A stretch of 64,000 nt of DNA from Emiliania huxleyi CCMP1516 (Eukaryota), in assembly GCF_000372725.1 (NCBI RefSeq), contig NW_005201277.1:72347-136346 (forward strand). Reading direction: 5' to 3'. Under the pieces are notes generated by a model. That model was not told the origin of the DNA. It made no database searches and was given only the letters and a program-made list of their open reading frames with translations. This document shows, piece by piece, positions 1 through 12,309 of the stretch. Position numbers and translations under genes: made by a program. Each line of letters opens with the position of its first letter. Within the stretch, counting starts at the first letter, position 1.

Positions 1-223
1 AGATCCCGTTACCTCCCGGTACCTCCCTTTACCTCCCGTTTACCTCCCCTTTACCCCCCCCTTCATGACCCCCCCCCCCCCCCCGCCCCCGCCCCCGCCC
101 CCGCCCCCGCAGCGCAAGAGTGTACCCGCCAACATGCGACCGGGCCCGCCAACCCCTCCTGAGGCGGGCAGGACTCTGCTTGGCTTGTGCGACGTACTGA
201 CACCTCTGTTCCGGCGACTGGCC

Positions 224-224
<1 letters not shown>

Positions 225-302
<78 letters not shown>
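225..302. repeat. (CA)n microsatellite, preceded by C-rich and 10-11 bp tandem repeats at 1-110
   Basis: Uninterrupted ACAC run read directly. Confidence 0.97.
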
Positions 303-303
<1 letters not shown>

Positions 304-953
304 ACGCCGCCGGGGCCACTACACACGCCGGCCAGGCACGGCCACTTTCGTCCCCACTCCTCCGGACCTCCTCGCGAGAGCGGGCTGCTCGAGGCGGAGG
401 AGAGAATTGGGAGGGCGCGCCCCGCTACGAAAGCCCCGCTGGCATGGTGGAGGTGTGCGCTCGCGTGGTGTAATATTCTGTTCGAGCGATCTAGATAGAT
501 ATTGCGGAGCAGGCGCGATTACACCCAAGCATGAGCGCCCAAGAACGCGCGGCCCCCCGCGCGGGGCGCGGGCCGCGGCGCCCGCGGGGGCGGCGGCACG
601 CGGCAGAGCGGCGGACAAACCGCTATATGCGCCACTCGCTTGCTTTTTTTTCGCTCCAGTCCTGCGGATCTTCGTAGACCGGAGGGCTACGAAGCCTTCA
701 CACTCCAAGGGGCTGTATAATTATGCGCTAACCGGCGGAATCCGGAAACGGGAGAAACCGCAAGGCGTTTACGTCAACGTGAGCTACTTTACGCGTCCCC
801 CGCCCGCCGCCCCCGCTCTCCCGCGCCCTCGGCCGCCCCGCCCCGCGCGGGCCGACCGTCCCGCGCGGCGTGTCCCGGCCCAGCGGGCATAGTCCCAGGT
901 CACCTCGTGTTCCTCTGCGGACTGCGCTCTGCCTCTGGGCCGGCGCGGGCTCC

Positions 954-3900
954 CTAGGGCGTACCCATGATCGTCGACTCCTGCAGCCGAATAACGGCGT
1001 CCTGCATTGTGTTTGCTCGGGCGGCCAGCGCCTCTGGCGCGTCGACGACATCCACCGTGCCCGATGGCCAGCGCACCTATTGACCGTCCGAGCCTCCCTC
1101 TGCCGGGGCTCCACAGGATCGGCATCGGTGTCTGTGGTGTGCTGCTGGGCCTCCAAGCGGAGGGGAACACCCGAAGGGCCGAGCCCAAAGACTAGGCGGT
1201 GGTCCGCGCTGCCGCGGGGGTCGCCAGCCGAGGCCCGGTTCACCTCGCGCATCTGCTGCTTTGGCGCCGCACCCGGCTCGGGACGCCAGGTGAGGAGCGC
1301 TGTCGCGCCGATGCCGTACTCGTTGCTCGCGCTGCCCACCAGCCTGAACGCGATGTAGGAGTTTCCGTTCCCTCCAGAGTTGCGGTAGAGTCGGCACTTT
1401 GTGTTGCACGGCATTAGGTCGACAAAGCCATCATTGTCGATGTCGAACGAAGTCAGACCAAACCACCTGTTGCCCACCGGCCAGGCTGAGTCGACCATCT
1501 GACACATGGGCTCAAGGTGAAACGCTCTGATTGACGACGCCGCGGTGCAAGCGTCGTAGTTGCTGCAGCACCAGATGAGCCAGTTGTCGTCCGCTTTGCT
1601 ACGCCCCGGGTCGTTGAGGTCGCCATAGGCGCCCGGCATGTGGACCCAGCTGCCATCGGCCGTCTGCGTCAGGATGACGGCATTTGAATTGCACAGGACG
1701 AGCAGGTCGAGCGTGCCATCGAGGTCGTAGTCAGCCGCCTGGGGAGAGGTGCTTTCAGTGAGCAACGTTGGCTGGGTGCCTGTGCAAGAGCACGCGGCGC
1801 CTTCATGTCCACGGTTGAAGAGCATGTTCTGAGAAAGGGTCCGGTGCTGTCAGCAATGGAACGGAGCCCGACAGGCGAGGAGTAGAGAAGGTCGACGCCC
1901 CAGCCCTAATCCTCAAACGGGGTGCCGTGGGGTGGGCGGTATCCCGTCACTCAATAGAGGATGGGGCGGAAGCAAAGTTTGAGGGCGCCGGACCGTGAGC
2001 AACGCGTAATCAATGAGGCCGTCACCGTTGAAATCGCCAGTGCTGAGAGCCTTGAGTTCACGCCCATAGATTTGACGGTCGCTCCACTGGGATCCAAATA
2101 TGGGCCACCAATCCGGTGTGATATCCGCTAGCAATCCCCTCGCCGCGTCCCATTTGTACACTGCGAGCGTGTCCTGGCCCGAGGTCGATCGCGGGATGTC
2201 GATGAGGACAAGAAGCTCTTGCGCAAAGCCATCCTACAGGCAACATTGGCTTGCTTGTTAGGGAGCCCCTGAGCCGAGAGATAGCCCCCCCCCCCCCCCC
2301 CACCACCACCACCCCCACCACCCCCACCACCACATGCTGCCTGGTCGAAGTCGGTCATAAGAGCGCTGCTGCTGTACACCCTGAACTGGGGCACATACGC
2401 AAAATTCCTCCTCGAGGCCGCCGTCGGCCGGTTCAGCCAGAGCCGCGAGGGGATCGTGTTGTCGTCGTTGCGCTCCTTGTTGCATGAGATGATGTCGAGG
2501 AGGCCGTCACCATCCACATCAGCCACAGCCACGTTGTACCCGCGGCACCCCTGACAGAAGAGCCCAGCCTCCCTGGCTGTCCCACGGCCGCCGAGGAGCC
2601 GGCCGTCGGGGGTCCCCCAGAAGAGGCCGTTTTCTGAGTGGTACGTCGTGTCGGTCCCACGGACGGCGCCCTGCGCAACGTACAGGTCCAACAGCCCGTC
2701 GCGGTCTAGGTCGATGACTGCGCCGCCGTGCGCATCAAACCTCTCCTTCATTCCCCCGAGTGGTTCATGCTCAGCGTAGCCTACGACGTACTCAACGGCA
2801 CCCACCGCGGCCTCGAGCCATTGACCGCCGCCGCGATTGAGGGCCAGGTCCCTACGATCAGCGATGACACGCGGGTGAACATTGGGAGAGAGAGGAAGAG
2901 CCCTCTCATAGGTGCACTGCTAGCGCGCCAGTGCGTCTCACAAGACTCATACTTGACGTGGTTGGTGGCGAAGATGTCCATCCAACCGTCGCCATCCCAG
3001 TCGACCAGGTAAGGAGCGCCAAAGGTGTGGTAGTGTGAGGCGACGTGGCCCTTGGCCCGCAAACGCTCGTCGATGAGCACACGGCTCGACAGATCCCAAA
3101 ACTGCGCCCCCACCGCCGGACGCCGTGGTGGCGTCGAGTATGGTGGCGAGGGCGAGGGCGGCGGTGGCGGTGGCGGCGGCGGTGGCGGTGGCGGTGGCGG
3201 CGGCGGTGGCGGCGGCGGTGGCGGCGATGGGGATGGCAGCGGCGGAGGCGGCGAAGCGGATGGCGAGTACGGCAAGGTGTAGTATAGACTCAAGCCATAC
3301 TCCCAGCATCCCCAGGGGGCAGCATCTGGGCACGTCGACGACAGGACGGGGCCGAGGTAGCAGATGTTGCCATTGGAGGCAGCACGGGAAACGGTGCCGC
3401 CCAGGACGCACACATCTGCTGCCAATGGCGGCAGCAGCGGCGAGGGCGCGGTTCCGTGCGGGGGCATCAACGGCGGAGGCTGAGTTGTTGTTGGCGGCGG
3501 CGGCGTGGCGGCTGGGGGCGGCGACGGGGACGGCGAGGGCGGCGACGCGGATGGTTGCGGATGAGCGGGCAGTGGCGGCGGAGCGGACAGCGGCGAAGGC
3601 GAGGACGGCAAGGTATAGGACGGTGGCGATTGCGCGGGGGACGGCGCGGGTGTGGCGGGGCCTTCGCATAATGTGCATCCTGTGCAGGTGTTCCACAAGC
3701 ATTTGGTGTGCCAGAGGTTGGTATTGACGGCGCAGCCCCAATGGCAGCCCGGTGGGCTCCCATTACCTTCGCATGATGCGCATCCCATGCAGGTGCTCCA
3801 CAGGCATTTGGTGTGCCAGAGGTTGGTATTGACGGCGCAGCCCCAGTGGCAGCCCGATGGCGGTGGCGTGGGGGACCGCGCGGGTGGTGGCGGTGCCGTC

Positions 3901-4295
3901 GAGCAGCTCGAGCAGCCATCGCACTTTGCTCTCCATCTGCACTTGGAGTCCCACAGCTGCGTGTGAATGGTGCACCAGCTAAGGCACTGCGTTTCTGCGG
4001 CATGCGCTGAACGCAAATGTGGCAGAACTGGCAGGGGCTCCCAAAGTCCGGAGCCCAGCTCACCAGAGCCAGCCTCCCCAGAGCCAGCCTCACCAGAGCC
4101 AGCCTCGCCCGTGCCAGCCCGAGCTGCAGATGGGAAGGAGAGCAGCAGGAGCAAGGCCACCACGCTGAGACTCCCGCTCAGCCGGGGTCGGACCGCCGCA
4201 ACGGAGCGCGGCGCTCGCCGCCCCAGCAGCAGGCAGGCGTCGCACGCTTGGATGAGCAACATCGCTAGCGTGGCGGCGAGGTCCTGGGCAGGCAT
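954..4295 (-). CDS. Secreted CRTAC1/ASPIC-UnbV-like protein: signal, GSGE repeats, three 6-Cys repeats, Pro-rich linker, FG-GAP repeats, C-terminal ASPIC/UnbV domain (multi-exon)
   Basis: FG-GAP motifs DWDGDGWMDIF, DLDRDGLLDLY, DVDGDGLLDI, DFNGDGLID, DYDLDGTLDL and DIDNDGFVDL lie in successive minus-strand ORFs. ASPIC/UnbV signature LYRN..GN.YIAFRLVG..SNEYGIGA...LVFGLG...LE|VRWP. GC-AG intron 2852-2928 joins ETHW|DLALNRG. Stop at 954-956. Confidence 0.85.
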
Positions 4296-4637
4296 TAAGG
4301 AGTATCACACAATCAACGCGGCTCGCGTCGCCGAGGCGAATGACGGATGGATGAACGTGCGTCCCGAGCGCCCACTAGGGCACAAATAAGAAGAAATTGC
4401 CGGTCGCTGCAGTGGCAAGACGAATCTATCCCAACGGACGCAGACGACGGGGAGAGCAGCACCGTGGGCGACGACATGCCTATCAACGGAGGAGGTACAA
4501 CCATCCCACTCGACGACATCGGTGATCCTTGCCCGATTGGTTCGCTCCCCGCACACCGGCCCGGAGCGCAAGGGTACCCTAGATTGCATTTCGGCGGGGG
4601 CGCGCATTAAAACAACATTGAGGCTACACACACGATC

Positions 4638-4735
4638 GTAAGGTAAGGTAAGGTAAGGTAAACTTCTCCACACACACGAGGTGGTGGGGCAAGGGGGGGC
4701 AACCCTCGCATCTCCACGTCTAACGACAGGAGCCC
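4638..4735 (-). mobile_element. 5'-truncated non-LTR retroposon end with (ACCTT)n tail
   Basis: (GTAAG)n run at 4638-4661. Flanked by 9-bp direct repeat CACACGATC (4629-4637, 4736-4744). Confidence 0.6.
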
Positions 4736-5372
4736 CACACGATCCGGTCCTCGAGCGCCTGAGCCCTTACCTTAGAATCGCGGGTCTGATGTCAGAATGT
4801 CTGTCAGAACATGTGCCGTGAAGAAGATAGAGTGCGACTACTGACGTACGAACGTACGAACGTACCGGGAAATCAAAACGGTGTCGCAGGAGGCCAAGCT
4901 GCAGAACATGTGCAGGCCAGCGCCTATGACGCTCAAGGAGTGAGGCGCGGAGCGCCGCGCGCGGAGCGCGCCCCGAAGAAAATTTTGAGGGTTGTGGAGG
5001 GCTAGATGCGATTTCTAGTAAGAGTTTGACTCACACGCTGGAACCACTCGGCCCACCCACAGGCCCAACCTCAAGTGGCGGCGCTCCGCACCTACCCAGC
5101 GGCGCGCTCCGCGCGTGCTTTCCAGCGGCGCGCTCCGCGCGTGCTCTGCAGCAGTGCTACTGCCTAGCGCGCTCCGCGCGTATGTCCAGGTAGCACCAGC
5201 GCGCTCCGCGCGCACCATATCTCAGTGCCTATGCTTATAGCCACTAAAAGCTCGTTTCTGCAGCTTGGGCAGGAGGGCGCTCCCTGTACACGGCGCGCTG
5301 CGCGCTGTCACACACTGCTGTCACTGGTGCCAAGCGGCGAGCGATCGCAAGGCGCGGGGCGCTGCCCCTCAC

Positions 5373-7013
5373 TCATGCCCGCTCGGCCACCTCCGCCCGG
5401 ACCTTCCCGAGCTCCGCGTCGCGCGCCGCCACCGCCCCCTTCAGCTCCGCCACCTGGTCGAGCGCGTCGCCGAGCAGCCCCTTGGCCACGCCAAAGTCGC
5501 GCAGCTGCTCCACGCCGCCGCTCGCCCGCACCTCGGCGGCGTGGTCGGCCACGTAGCGGCGGCACTGCGCGAGGAGCCGCCCGTCGCCCGTCGTGTGCGC
5601 CGCCTCGAGCAGCGGCACGGCGCTCGCCGGCGCGACGCTTTCCTGCAGTGCCTGCGCGCAGAGCAGCTCGAGGCGCGGCACCTGGTACATCTGCGCCAGC
5701 TCCCGCAGGTCGAGCGCGCGCTGCGCTCTGCCGCCCTCCGCCTCGCCGAGGTCGAACTTGTCGGAGAGGAGGTAGTCGATAAGGGCGGTGAAGCTGGCGA
5801 GGTCGGTGTTGCGCACCGTGACCTCGGCGGCGTCGCGCTCCTTCATGCCGATGCCAAACATCGTCCGAAAGACCGGGGACCGGGCGCAGAGGACGGCCTT
5901 GGTGACGTACTCGATGCGCTCCAGGTCGTCGCCGACCAGGAAGGTGACTTTCCCCTCTGGCAGGGAGGCGTCGCCCCGCGTCGTTGCGAGGTCGGCTCCA
6001 AGGGTCGAAGGCGGAACGACGATCGGGGCAAAGGAGGGAGGCGGAGGAGGCGCAGCCACGCAGACCTCGCGGAGGCCACCGCTCGAACTGACCAACAGCG
6101 TGCTGCCGTCGGAGCTGATGGCGACTTCATCTGGGCCGTCGAGCTGCGCCGCGTCGCCCACGCCGTCTTCCCTACCCCTGGTGCCACTGCCCGCGACCGT
6201 CGTCACCTCTCCCGTCGCCACCTCTACCCGCCGGATCTTGTGGTTCTCATAGTCCGCCACATACAGCGCGCCGCCGTCCGGGCTGATGGCGATGCCAGCT
6301 GGGTAGCGGAACTGCGCCGCGTCGGCGACGCCATCCGCGCCGCCATCCTCGCCGCCTCCAGCGAGCGTGGTCACCGCGCGAGTCGCCACCTCCACCCGCC
6401 GGATCTTGTTGCCGCAGGAGTCCGCCACAAACAGTGCACTCCCGTCGGAGCTGAGGGCGACTCCGGAGGGGCCGTCAAACTCCGCCGCGTCGCCCACACC
6501 ATCCGCGTCGCCCACATCGCCGCCTCCAGCGAGCGTGGTCACAGCGCCCGTCGCCACCTCCAGCCGCCGGATCTTGTGGTTGCTGCAGTCCGCCACAAAC
6601 GCCGCGCTCCCGTCCGGGCTGATGGCGATGCCGGCTGGGCCGTCGAACTGCGCCGCGTCGCCCACACCATCCGCGTCGCCCATGTTGCCGCTGCCCGCGA
6701 GCGTCGTCACAGCGCCAGTCGCCACCTCCACCCGCCGGATCTCGTTGGTGTCGTCTGCCACAAACACCGCGCTCCCGTCTGGGCTGGCAGCAACGGTGTA
6801 GAAGACTTCACTTGCCGGCAAGGCTGCTACGCGGCGCACGCGCCCGGCCGCCGAGACGTGCAGCAGCGAGTCCATGGTCGCGACGTACCAGGCGCCTGCG
6901 TGCTCGCTCGCGACGCCAACGAGGCCGTCCTCGCCCTCGAGCGGCAGCGTGGAGACCTGGCCGACGACGCGCGCGCCAAAGATGGGCGCCTCGAAGCCAT
7001 CCGCGACCGGCAC
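5373..7013 (-). CDS. NHL-repeat beta-propeller + BTB/POZ domain protein (intronless, 546 aa)
   Basis: Repeats FDGPAGIAISPDGSAAFVAD..NHKIRRVEVATGAVTTLAG. BTB motifs VTFLVG...KAVLCARSPVFRTMF..GMKE, FTALIDYL, A.MYQVPRLELLC. Confidence 0.9.
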   Translation of the reverse strand: MPVADGFEAPIFGARVVGQVSTLPLEGEDGLVGVASEHAGAWYVATMDSLLHVSAAGRVRRVAALPASEVFYTVAASPDGSAVFVADDTNEIRRVEVATGAVTTLAGSGNMGDADGVGDAAQFDGPAGIAISPDGSAAFVADCSNHKIRRLEVATGAVTTLAGGGDVGDADGVGDAAEFDGPSGVALSSDGSALFVADSCGNKIRRVEVATRAVTTLAGGGEDGGADGVADAAQFRYPAGIAISPDGGALYVADYENHKIRRVEVATGEVTTVAGSGTRGREDGVGDAAQLDGPDEVAISSDGSTLLVSSSGGLREVCVAAPPPPPSFAPIVVPPSTLGADLATTRGDASLPEGKVTFLVGDDLERIEYVTKAVLCARSPVFRTMFGIGMKERDAAEVTVRNTDLASFTALIDYLLSDKFDLGEAEGGRAQRALDLRELAQMYQVPRLELLCAQALQESVAPASAVPLLEAAHTTGDGRLLAQCRRYVADHAAEVRASGGVEQLRDFGVAKGLLGDALDQVAELKGAVAARDAELGKVRAEVAERA

Positions 7014-7122
7014 GGGCGCGCTTGCGGGCGGCGGACGCCATATGTGTGTGTGTGTGGTGTGCCCTCGGCACTAACCATGAAATGCGTGTTTTTTTTACGG
7101 CCGACCGTCTCTCCAGTGCTTC

Positions 7123-7353
7123 TCTTGGCACCGTGGAGTGCTGGGGGGGGGGCGACAGGGAGGATATGGCCTTGAGTTATGTGTACGCCTACTCAGGGTG
7201 TGTGGCAGCCCGCTGGCTGTGTGTCTTGTGAGCTTGTTTGTGTCTGTGTGTCGCTCGTGCGTGTCGTCATCAATCATCTGTCCAGCGTCCACCCATACCG
7301 CGTTGGTGTCCAGTCCGAGCCTGGCTGTTCTTCACCTTTCTACCTACCTACCT
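7123..7353 (+). mobile_element. Non-LTR retroposon 3' end, (CCTA)n-tail family, copy A
   Basis: Shares its 3' sequence with copies at 12329, 55493 and 63435. TSD AGTGCTTC at 7115-7122 and 7354-7361. Confidence 0.85.
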
Positions 7354-7499
7354 AGTGCTTCACGGGTGGCTTTCGCACTTGAGCACTTGAGCACTGGATG
7401 GATAGGGTCGGTTCCGCATGGTAGGAATTCGAATTCCTACGGGACCCCTCGCCGAGACCACGCCCGAGGCAAGGTCCGCCCCAAGCCCGCGCTGACAGC

Positions 7500-7815
7500 A
7501 CCCCTGGCCATCGCAAATCATTTCCCAAACGCAGCTCGGGCGGCCTCCAGATCCGACTAACCCCCATGCGTGCACCGAGCCGTCGGACTTTACCGCGACG
7601 CACGCCATACCACCGCACATCGCGGCGATCACGCCCGAGCTGAGGTCGTCCGGGGACACGTACGTCGTCTCCGTCATCCCTCCCTTGCAATTCAGACAGG
7701 ATCCTTTCTGAGAGGACACCCCCGTTGGGTCGCCTGCGCCCCTCTTTGGATGCCGCCCCCACGCCACCGCCTTGCCGTCTTTCGTCACCGCGACGCATGC
7801 GTTCCCGCCGCACAT
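7500..7815 (-). pseudogene. RCC1/BLIP-II-like repeat gene fragment
   Basis: Two repeats, MCGGNACVAVTKDGKAVAWG and MCGGMACVAVKSDGSVHAWG, without a coherent full-length gene. Confidence 0.5.
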
Positions 7816-8042
7816 TGCTAAAAATCTCTCTCTCTCTTGCCGAGACCACGTTCGAGACCTCAGAAGGGATCACGGGGTCGCCATCAACAATATCTGCCGC
7901 TGCTCTTGCCAATCTTCGCGTACCGTCACGACGAGGTGAGCTTCTGGGAGTTTCTGTTTTTGGATTGGCAATAATTGCTCATATACGATCTGTTTCGGAA
8001 AAAGAAAATCCGCGCCAAAGATTCGGGGCGCCCTTGCCATCG

Positions 8043-9964
8043 ATGGCGGCGCGCGGCGAGACGGCTGAGACGGCTGACCACGTAGAGGCGGTCTTCAGAG
8101 GTGACGAAGTGGCGGTGCGTGTGTGGCTTGAGGGTGGAGGGCGAGCGAACGCCACCCGCGAGCGTCGGGGCGAGGAAGGCGAGGTGACTACTGGCGTAAC
8201 GCTGCTGATGGACGCCGCCATCGAAGGCCACGAGCGGGTGGTCGAGGTGCTGCTGCAGCACGGTGCGGAGATCAACCTGCAGGACAGCGATGGCTGGACT
8301 GCGCTGGTGTGGGCCGCTTCCGAAGGTCACGATCAGGTGGTCGACCTTCTGCTGCGGCACGGCGCTGAGATCAACGCGCAGGACAGCAACGGCTGGACCG
8401 CGCTGATGGGCGCCGTCTTCGCAGGTCACGGGCGGGTGGTCGAGCTGCTGCTTCAGCACGGCGCGGAGGCCAACGTGCAGAGCAGCAAAGGCAGGCACCG
8501 CACCGCGCTGATGCTCGCCGCCATCAACGGCCACGAGCGGGTGCTTGACTTGCTGCTGAGGCACGGCGCTGATGCAGAGGTGCGGGACAACGACGGCGGC
8601 ACCGCGCTGATGGCCGCCGCCGGCAAAGGCCGCCTCCCCGTCGTGCGCTGTCTACTGCAGGCGGGCGCAGACACAAAGGCACGCTCTGTGGCCGGCATGA
8701 CGGCGCTGCAATACGCCAAGGAGGGGGCCAAGCTGGCTAATGCCGACGTTGCTGGTGGTGCTCCTGCAAAGGACCACGCCGGGTGTGTGCGCGCTCTCAC
8801 GGAGCACGCAGCGGCACTGAAGGAGGCGGAGGCGGCAGAGAAGGCGGCAGAGAAGGCGCTCGAGGCCAAGGGGCGGCGCGAGCAGCGCGAGCGGGAGGAG
8901 GCGGCGGCGGCGCGAGAGCGCGAGCAGGCTGCGCGCCGGCGCGAAGCAGAACGAGAGGCGCGCGAGGCGCGCCGGGCGGCGGATGCGGCGGCGCTGGAGG
9001 AGCAGAGGCGGGCGATTGCGGCGGAGGCGGAGGCGAAGCTGGTTGCCGAGCGAGCGGCAGCAGAGGAGACGCTGCGGGCGAGGGAGGCGGAGAGGCGAGC
9101 AGCAGAGGAGGCGCAGCTTGCGGAGCAGCGGGTGGCGGCGGCGGCTCGGAAAGCGGCTCAGGTGGAGACGGCGCGGCGCGAGAAGGAGGCTACTGACAAG
9201 AGGGCGGAGGAGGAGAAGGCGAAGAGGCGCGCAAAGGCGGCGGAGGCGGCGGCGGCCAGGAAGGCGGCCAAGGAGAAGAACAATAAGGCCAAGAAGGCGC
9301 CGCCCGCCTTCAAGCTCGAGGAGGAGCGGAGGGCGCGGGCTGCGGCAGAGGTTCGCGCACAGGAGGAGAGGGCGGCGCAGCTGGCTGCTGAGCAGGAGGC
9401 TGCGAGGCGGGCGGAGCGTGAGGCGGCTGAGCTAGCGGGTGCGGCGGAGCAGGCGGCGCTGCGCGAGGCTGCGGAGCTGGCAGAGGCGTTGCGCCGGTCA
9501 GAGATAGATGCGGAGGAGGAGGCTCTGGCGCGTCGGGTGTCGCGGTGCGAGGAGGCGGTGAGCAGCGAGTCGACCGGCGGCGGGGACCTGATGCGGCGTG
9601 TCGAGCGGCTGGAGGCGAGCCTCGGCGCGGCGACCGAGGGCAGCCTCGAGGAGCGGGTCGGCGCCATCGAGCGCTTGATCGGGCCAGAGGCGGGAGAGGC
9701 GGCGGAGCAGCATCTGCCAGTCACCGAGTCGCTTGCTGCCGTCTCGCTTGCGGACGCCGGCCTCGACACGGGGCGGCCGGCTACCCCCGAGTCCACGATG
9801 GGGGGCGAGACCACGTGCATCGTGTCGGCTTCGCGAGAGTCAAGTCGCATGCTGCGGTCCCGTGCGGGCACCTGTGCGCTTGCGGGCCATGCTCTGAGCT
9901 GATGCAAGAGTGCCCGTATTGCCGCGAGCCGGTGATGATGTGGATGGTCCCGCGTCCGGTCTAG
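8043..9964 (+). CDS. Ankyrin-repeat / coiled-coil / C3HC4 RING protein, with a frameshift near 9825
   Basis: About 6 ankyrin repeats (G.TALM.AA..GHERVVELLL.HGAE.N) and an E/A/R/K coiled coil. The RING starts TCIV in one frame and continues FARVKSHAAVPCGHLCACGPCSELMQECPYCR in another. Confidence 0.85.
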
Positions 9965-10754
9965 TTTTGTCGCGCGGGGCGGGCCAGATGTGTTGCAAGA
10001 CCGGCTGCCGCGTGTTATTGAATTTATGGGGCAGGCGCGCGAATCCCACGAAAGGGCGAGAGTACCGAGAGACACAGAGACACAGAACACAGTCAGACAG
10101 CTCAGACTGGGCTCCGTGGCGACGAAGGTCGCCCGGGACTGGCTCGCCAACGAGCTCTACGAGCCGTCCCGGCGCGCGGCAAAATTGATGCGGCCTGCAG
10201 GGACCGAAAGGTCGCCGACCTGATCACGGCTGCCGGCGCCTCGGCGCCGGCCGACGCCGTGTTCGGCGGCAGGTTCGCGACGGGCGAGGCGCCCCGCCCG
10301 ACGACCTCCGCCTCCGAGGCGGACGAGGGCGACGGCGTCGGCGGCGATGGCGGGACCGGCACCCACTTTGACCTTTTCGAGCCGGACGGACCCCACCCCC
10401 ATGGAGGACCTCTGAGGTCCTCCCCAGTCTCACCCCACCCTACCTCTGCCCCCCCTCCCCCCATCCCTCTGCCTCCCATAGGGCAGGATAGCACTAGCAT
10501 ATGCGCCTAGTGCGCACTGGGCCCTCATAGATGTGACCCGCCCACTCGAGTGCGGCGCCCAGGTGCTAGTGCTTGAGAAGACACCACAAACGCGGCACGG
10601 CCCATTTTGGCTGTCTGCGGAGATTCTGTCTTAGCACACACAGTGAGTCATTCGGAGTCATTCGATGGCCAGAGTGCGATTGTGTGTGTGCGGGAGTTGG
10701 TTTGTCGGGAGGGAGGGGCAGGCTGCTCACCGAGCTGTGGGGTCGGGGAACTCG

Positions 10755-11240
10755 GGGGGCTCGGAGGGGTCGGAGGGGTCGGAGGGGTCGGAGGGGTCGG
10801 AGGGGTCGGAGGGGTCGGAGGGGTCGGAGAGCTCAGAGGATCGACCCCTCCGAGCCCTAATGGAGCCCTCTAGCCCTCCAGCCCTCCCGAGCCCTCCGAG
10901 CCCTCCGAGCCCTCTTGGGGGGCAGTCACATAAGCCGCGACTTCGTTTTCTTTATCTTTTTGCGACCCCTCCCGGAGGGCCCTTCCGACCCCTCTCGAGC
11001 CCTCCCGCCATGAAGATCCTCCCCTGTCCGACCGTCCCTCCGAGCCCACCCGGCGTCCGGGGAGGGGGTTAGCCCTGTGGAGCCCTCCCGACGCCGATCC
11101 GACGGGGACCCCTCCAGCCCTGTGGGCTGGCGAGCCCTCCGGTCGGAGGGGTGGAAGTGGGAGGGCTCGAAGACGGACCTCTCTCGCTCCGGGAGGGTGG
11201 AGGGGTGGAGGGTGGAGGGGTGGAGGGGTGGTTGAGCCCT
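10755..11240. repeat. GGAGGGGTC / AGCCCTCCG 9-mer satellite-like region with units on both strands
   Basis: About 8 tandem GGAGGGGTC units, then inverted-orientation (AGCCCTCCG)n and GGAGGGGT runs. Confidence 0.85.
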
Positions 11241-11667
11241 CTAGCTCTATCGATATAGCCCTACCCCTCCCGCCGTTTTAGGGCCTCCCCACCCGCTATG
11301 GGTGAGAGGGCTGGTCGTAGTGAGGGGAGGGGGGTGAACGAGTCACGCACCATCATGGTTGGTGGCGAGGAGCGGCGGCGGAGAGCGGCTCGGTGGTTAC
11401 GCGCGCTTGGCGCCGGCCGTGTGAGTCTCGTGTGAGTCTGGACCCCACGACTTGCCGGACGTCGCCTTAGAGCTTAGTTCACGCCGAAAAGTACGTCTAT
11501 CGCCTCCCGCTAGCTAGGGCACGATCCCAGGCGGCTGCCGGGGGCCGCGTTCCAGCTCGATTAGGGCGCTTGTCACGCGATTTTACGGAATTACGGATTG
11601 GTGGGGGGTGGCGGCACATAGGGGGAGGGGGAGACGCCGATCCGGGAATCAAGTTGGTGCCGGCAAC

Positions 11668-12146
11668 TCAGGCCGCGGCTGTGGCCTCCCACCGCTTGGT
11701 CCTCAACCCCTCGGCGTCGAACCAACGCCAGACGGCGAACTCCTGCTGCCTGCGCCACCGCCCCTCGCCTCGGCCCTCTGCGGGGGCGAGCTGCCGGCAG
11801 AGGCGGAGGAAAGCAAGCACATCCTCGGGGCGGCGCAACCTGCCGGAAGGCGCCAGGGGAGGGAGGGAAGGGGGGGGGGGGGGGGCACACCGCGGCTGGG
11901 AGGTGTCGTTGTCCACCTCGATGTGAAGATCGACGTGCCGCTGCAGCGCGGCCACGGCGCGCGGCACCTGATCGTACACCTGCGCCAGCAGCGGCGGCGG
12001 GATGCGCCTCCCCGTCTCGGCGCCTCGCCTCGCCTCTCGCTCGACCACTCTCGCCCACGACGCCGTGACGTGCACGATGCCTGTGGAAAGACATCCCAGG
12101 GGGGCGACCGCATTTCTTTTTTTTGCCCCACGACGCAGTGACGTGC

Positions 12147-12217
<71 letters not shown>

Positions 12218-12243
12218 GTGTGTGTGTGTGTGTGTGCGTGTGT

Positions 12244-12309
<66 letters not shown>

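Noticed and set aside
29..498. VCVC/HTHT-repeat ORFs here and at 11591-12576
   Set aside because: Translations of (CA)n microsatellites.
7341..7354. (CCTA)n and (GTAAG)n runs as telomeric repeats
   Set aside because: Short, internal, and attached to dispersed elements with TSDs, so they are retroposon tails.
7725..8042. N-terminal extension of the 725-aa ankyrin ORF
   Set aside because: It starts at a non-ATG codon, overlaps the RCC1 remnant and AT-rich promoter-like DNA, and ATG 8043 fits the family start.
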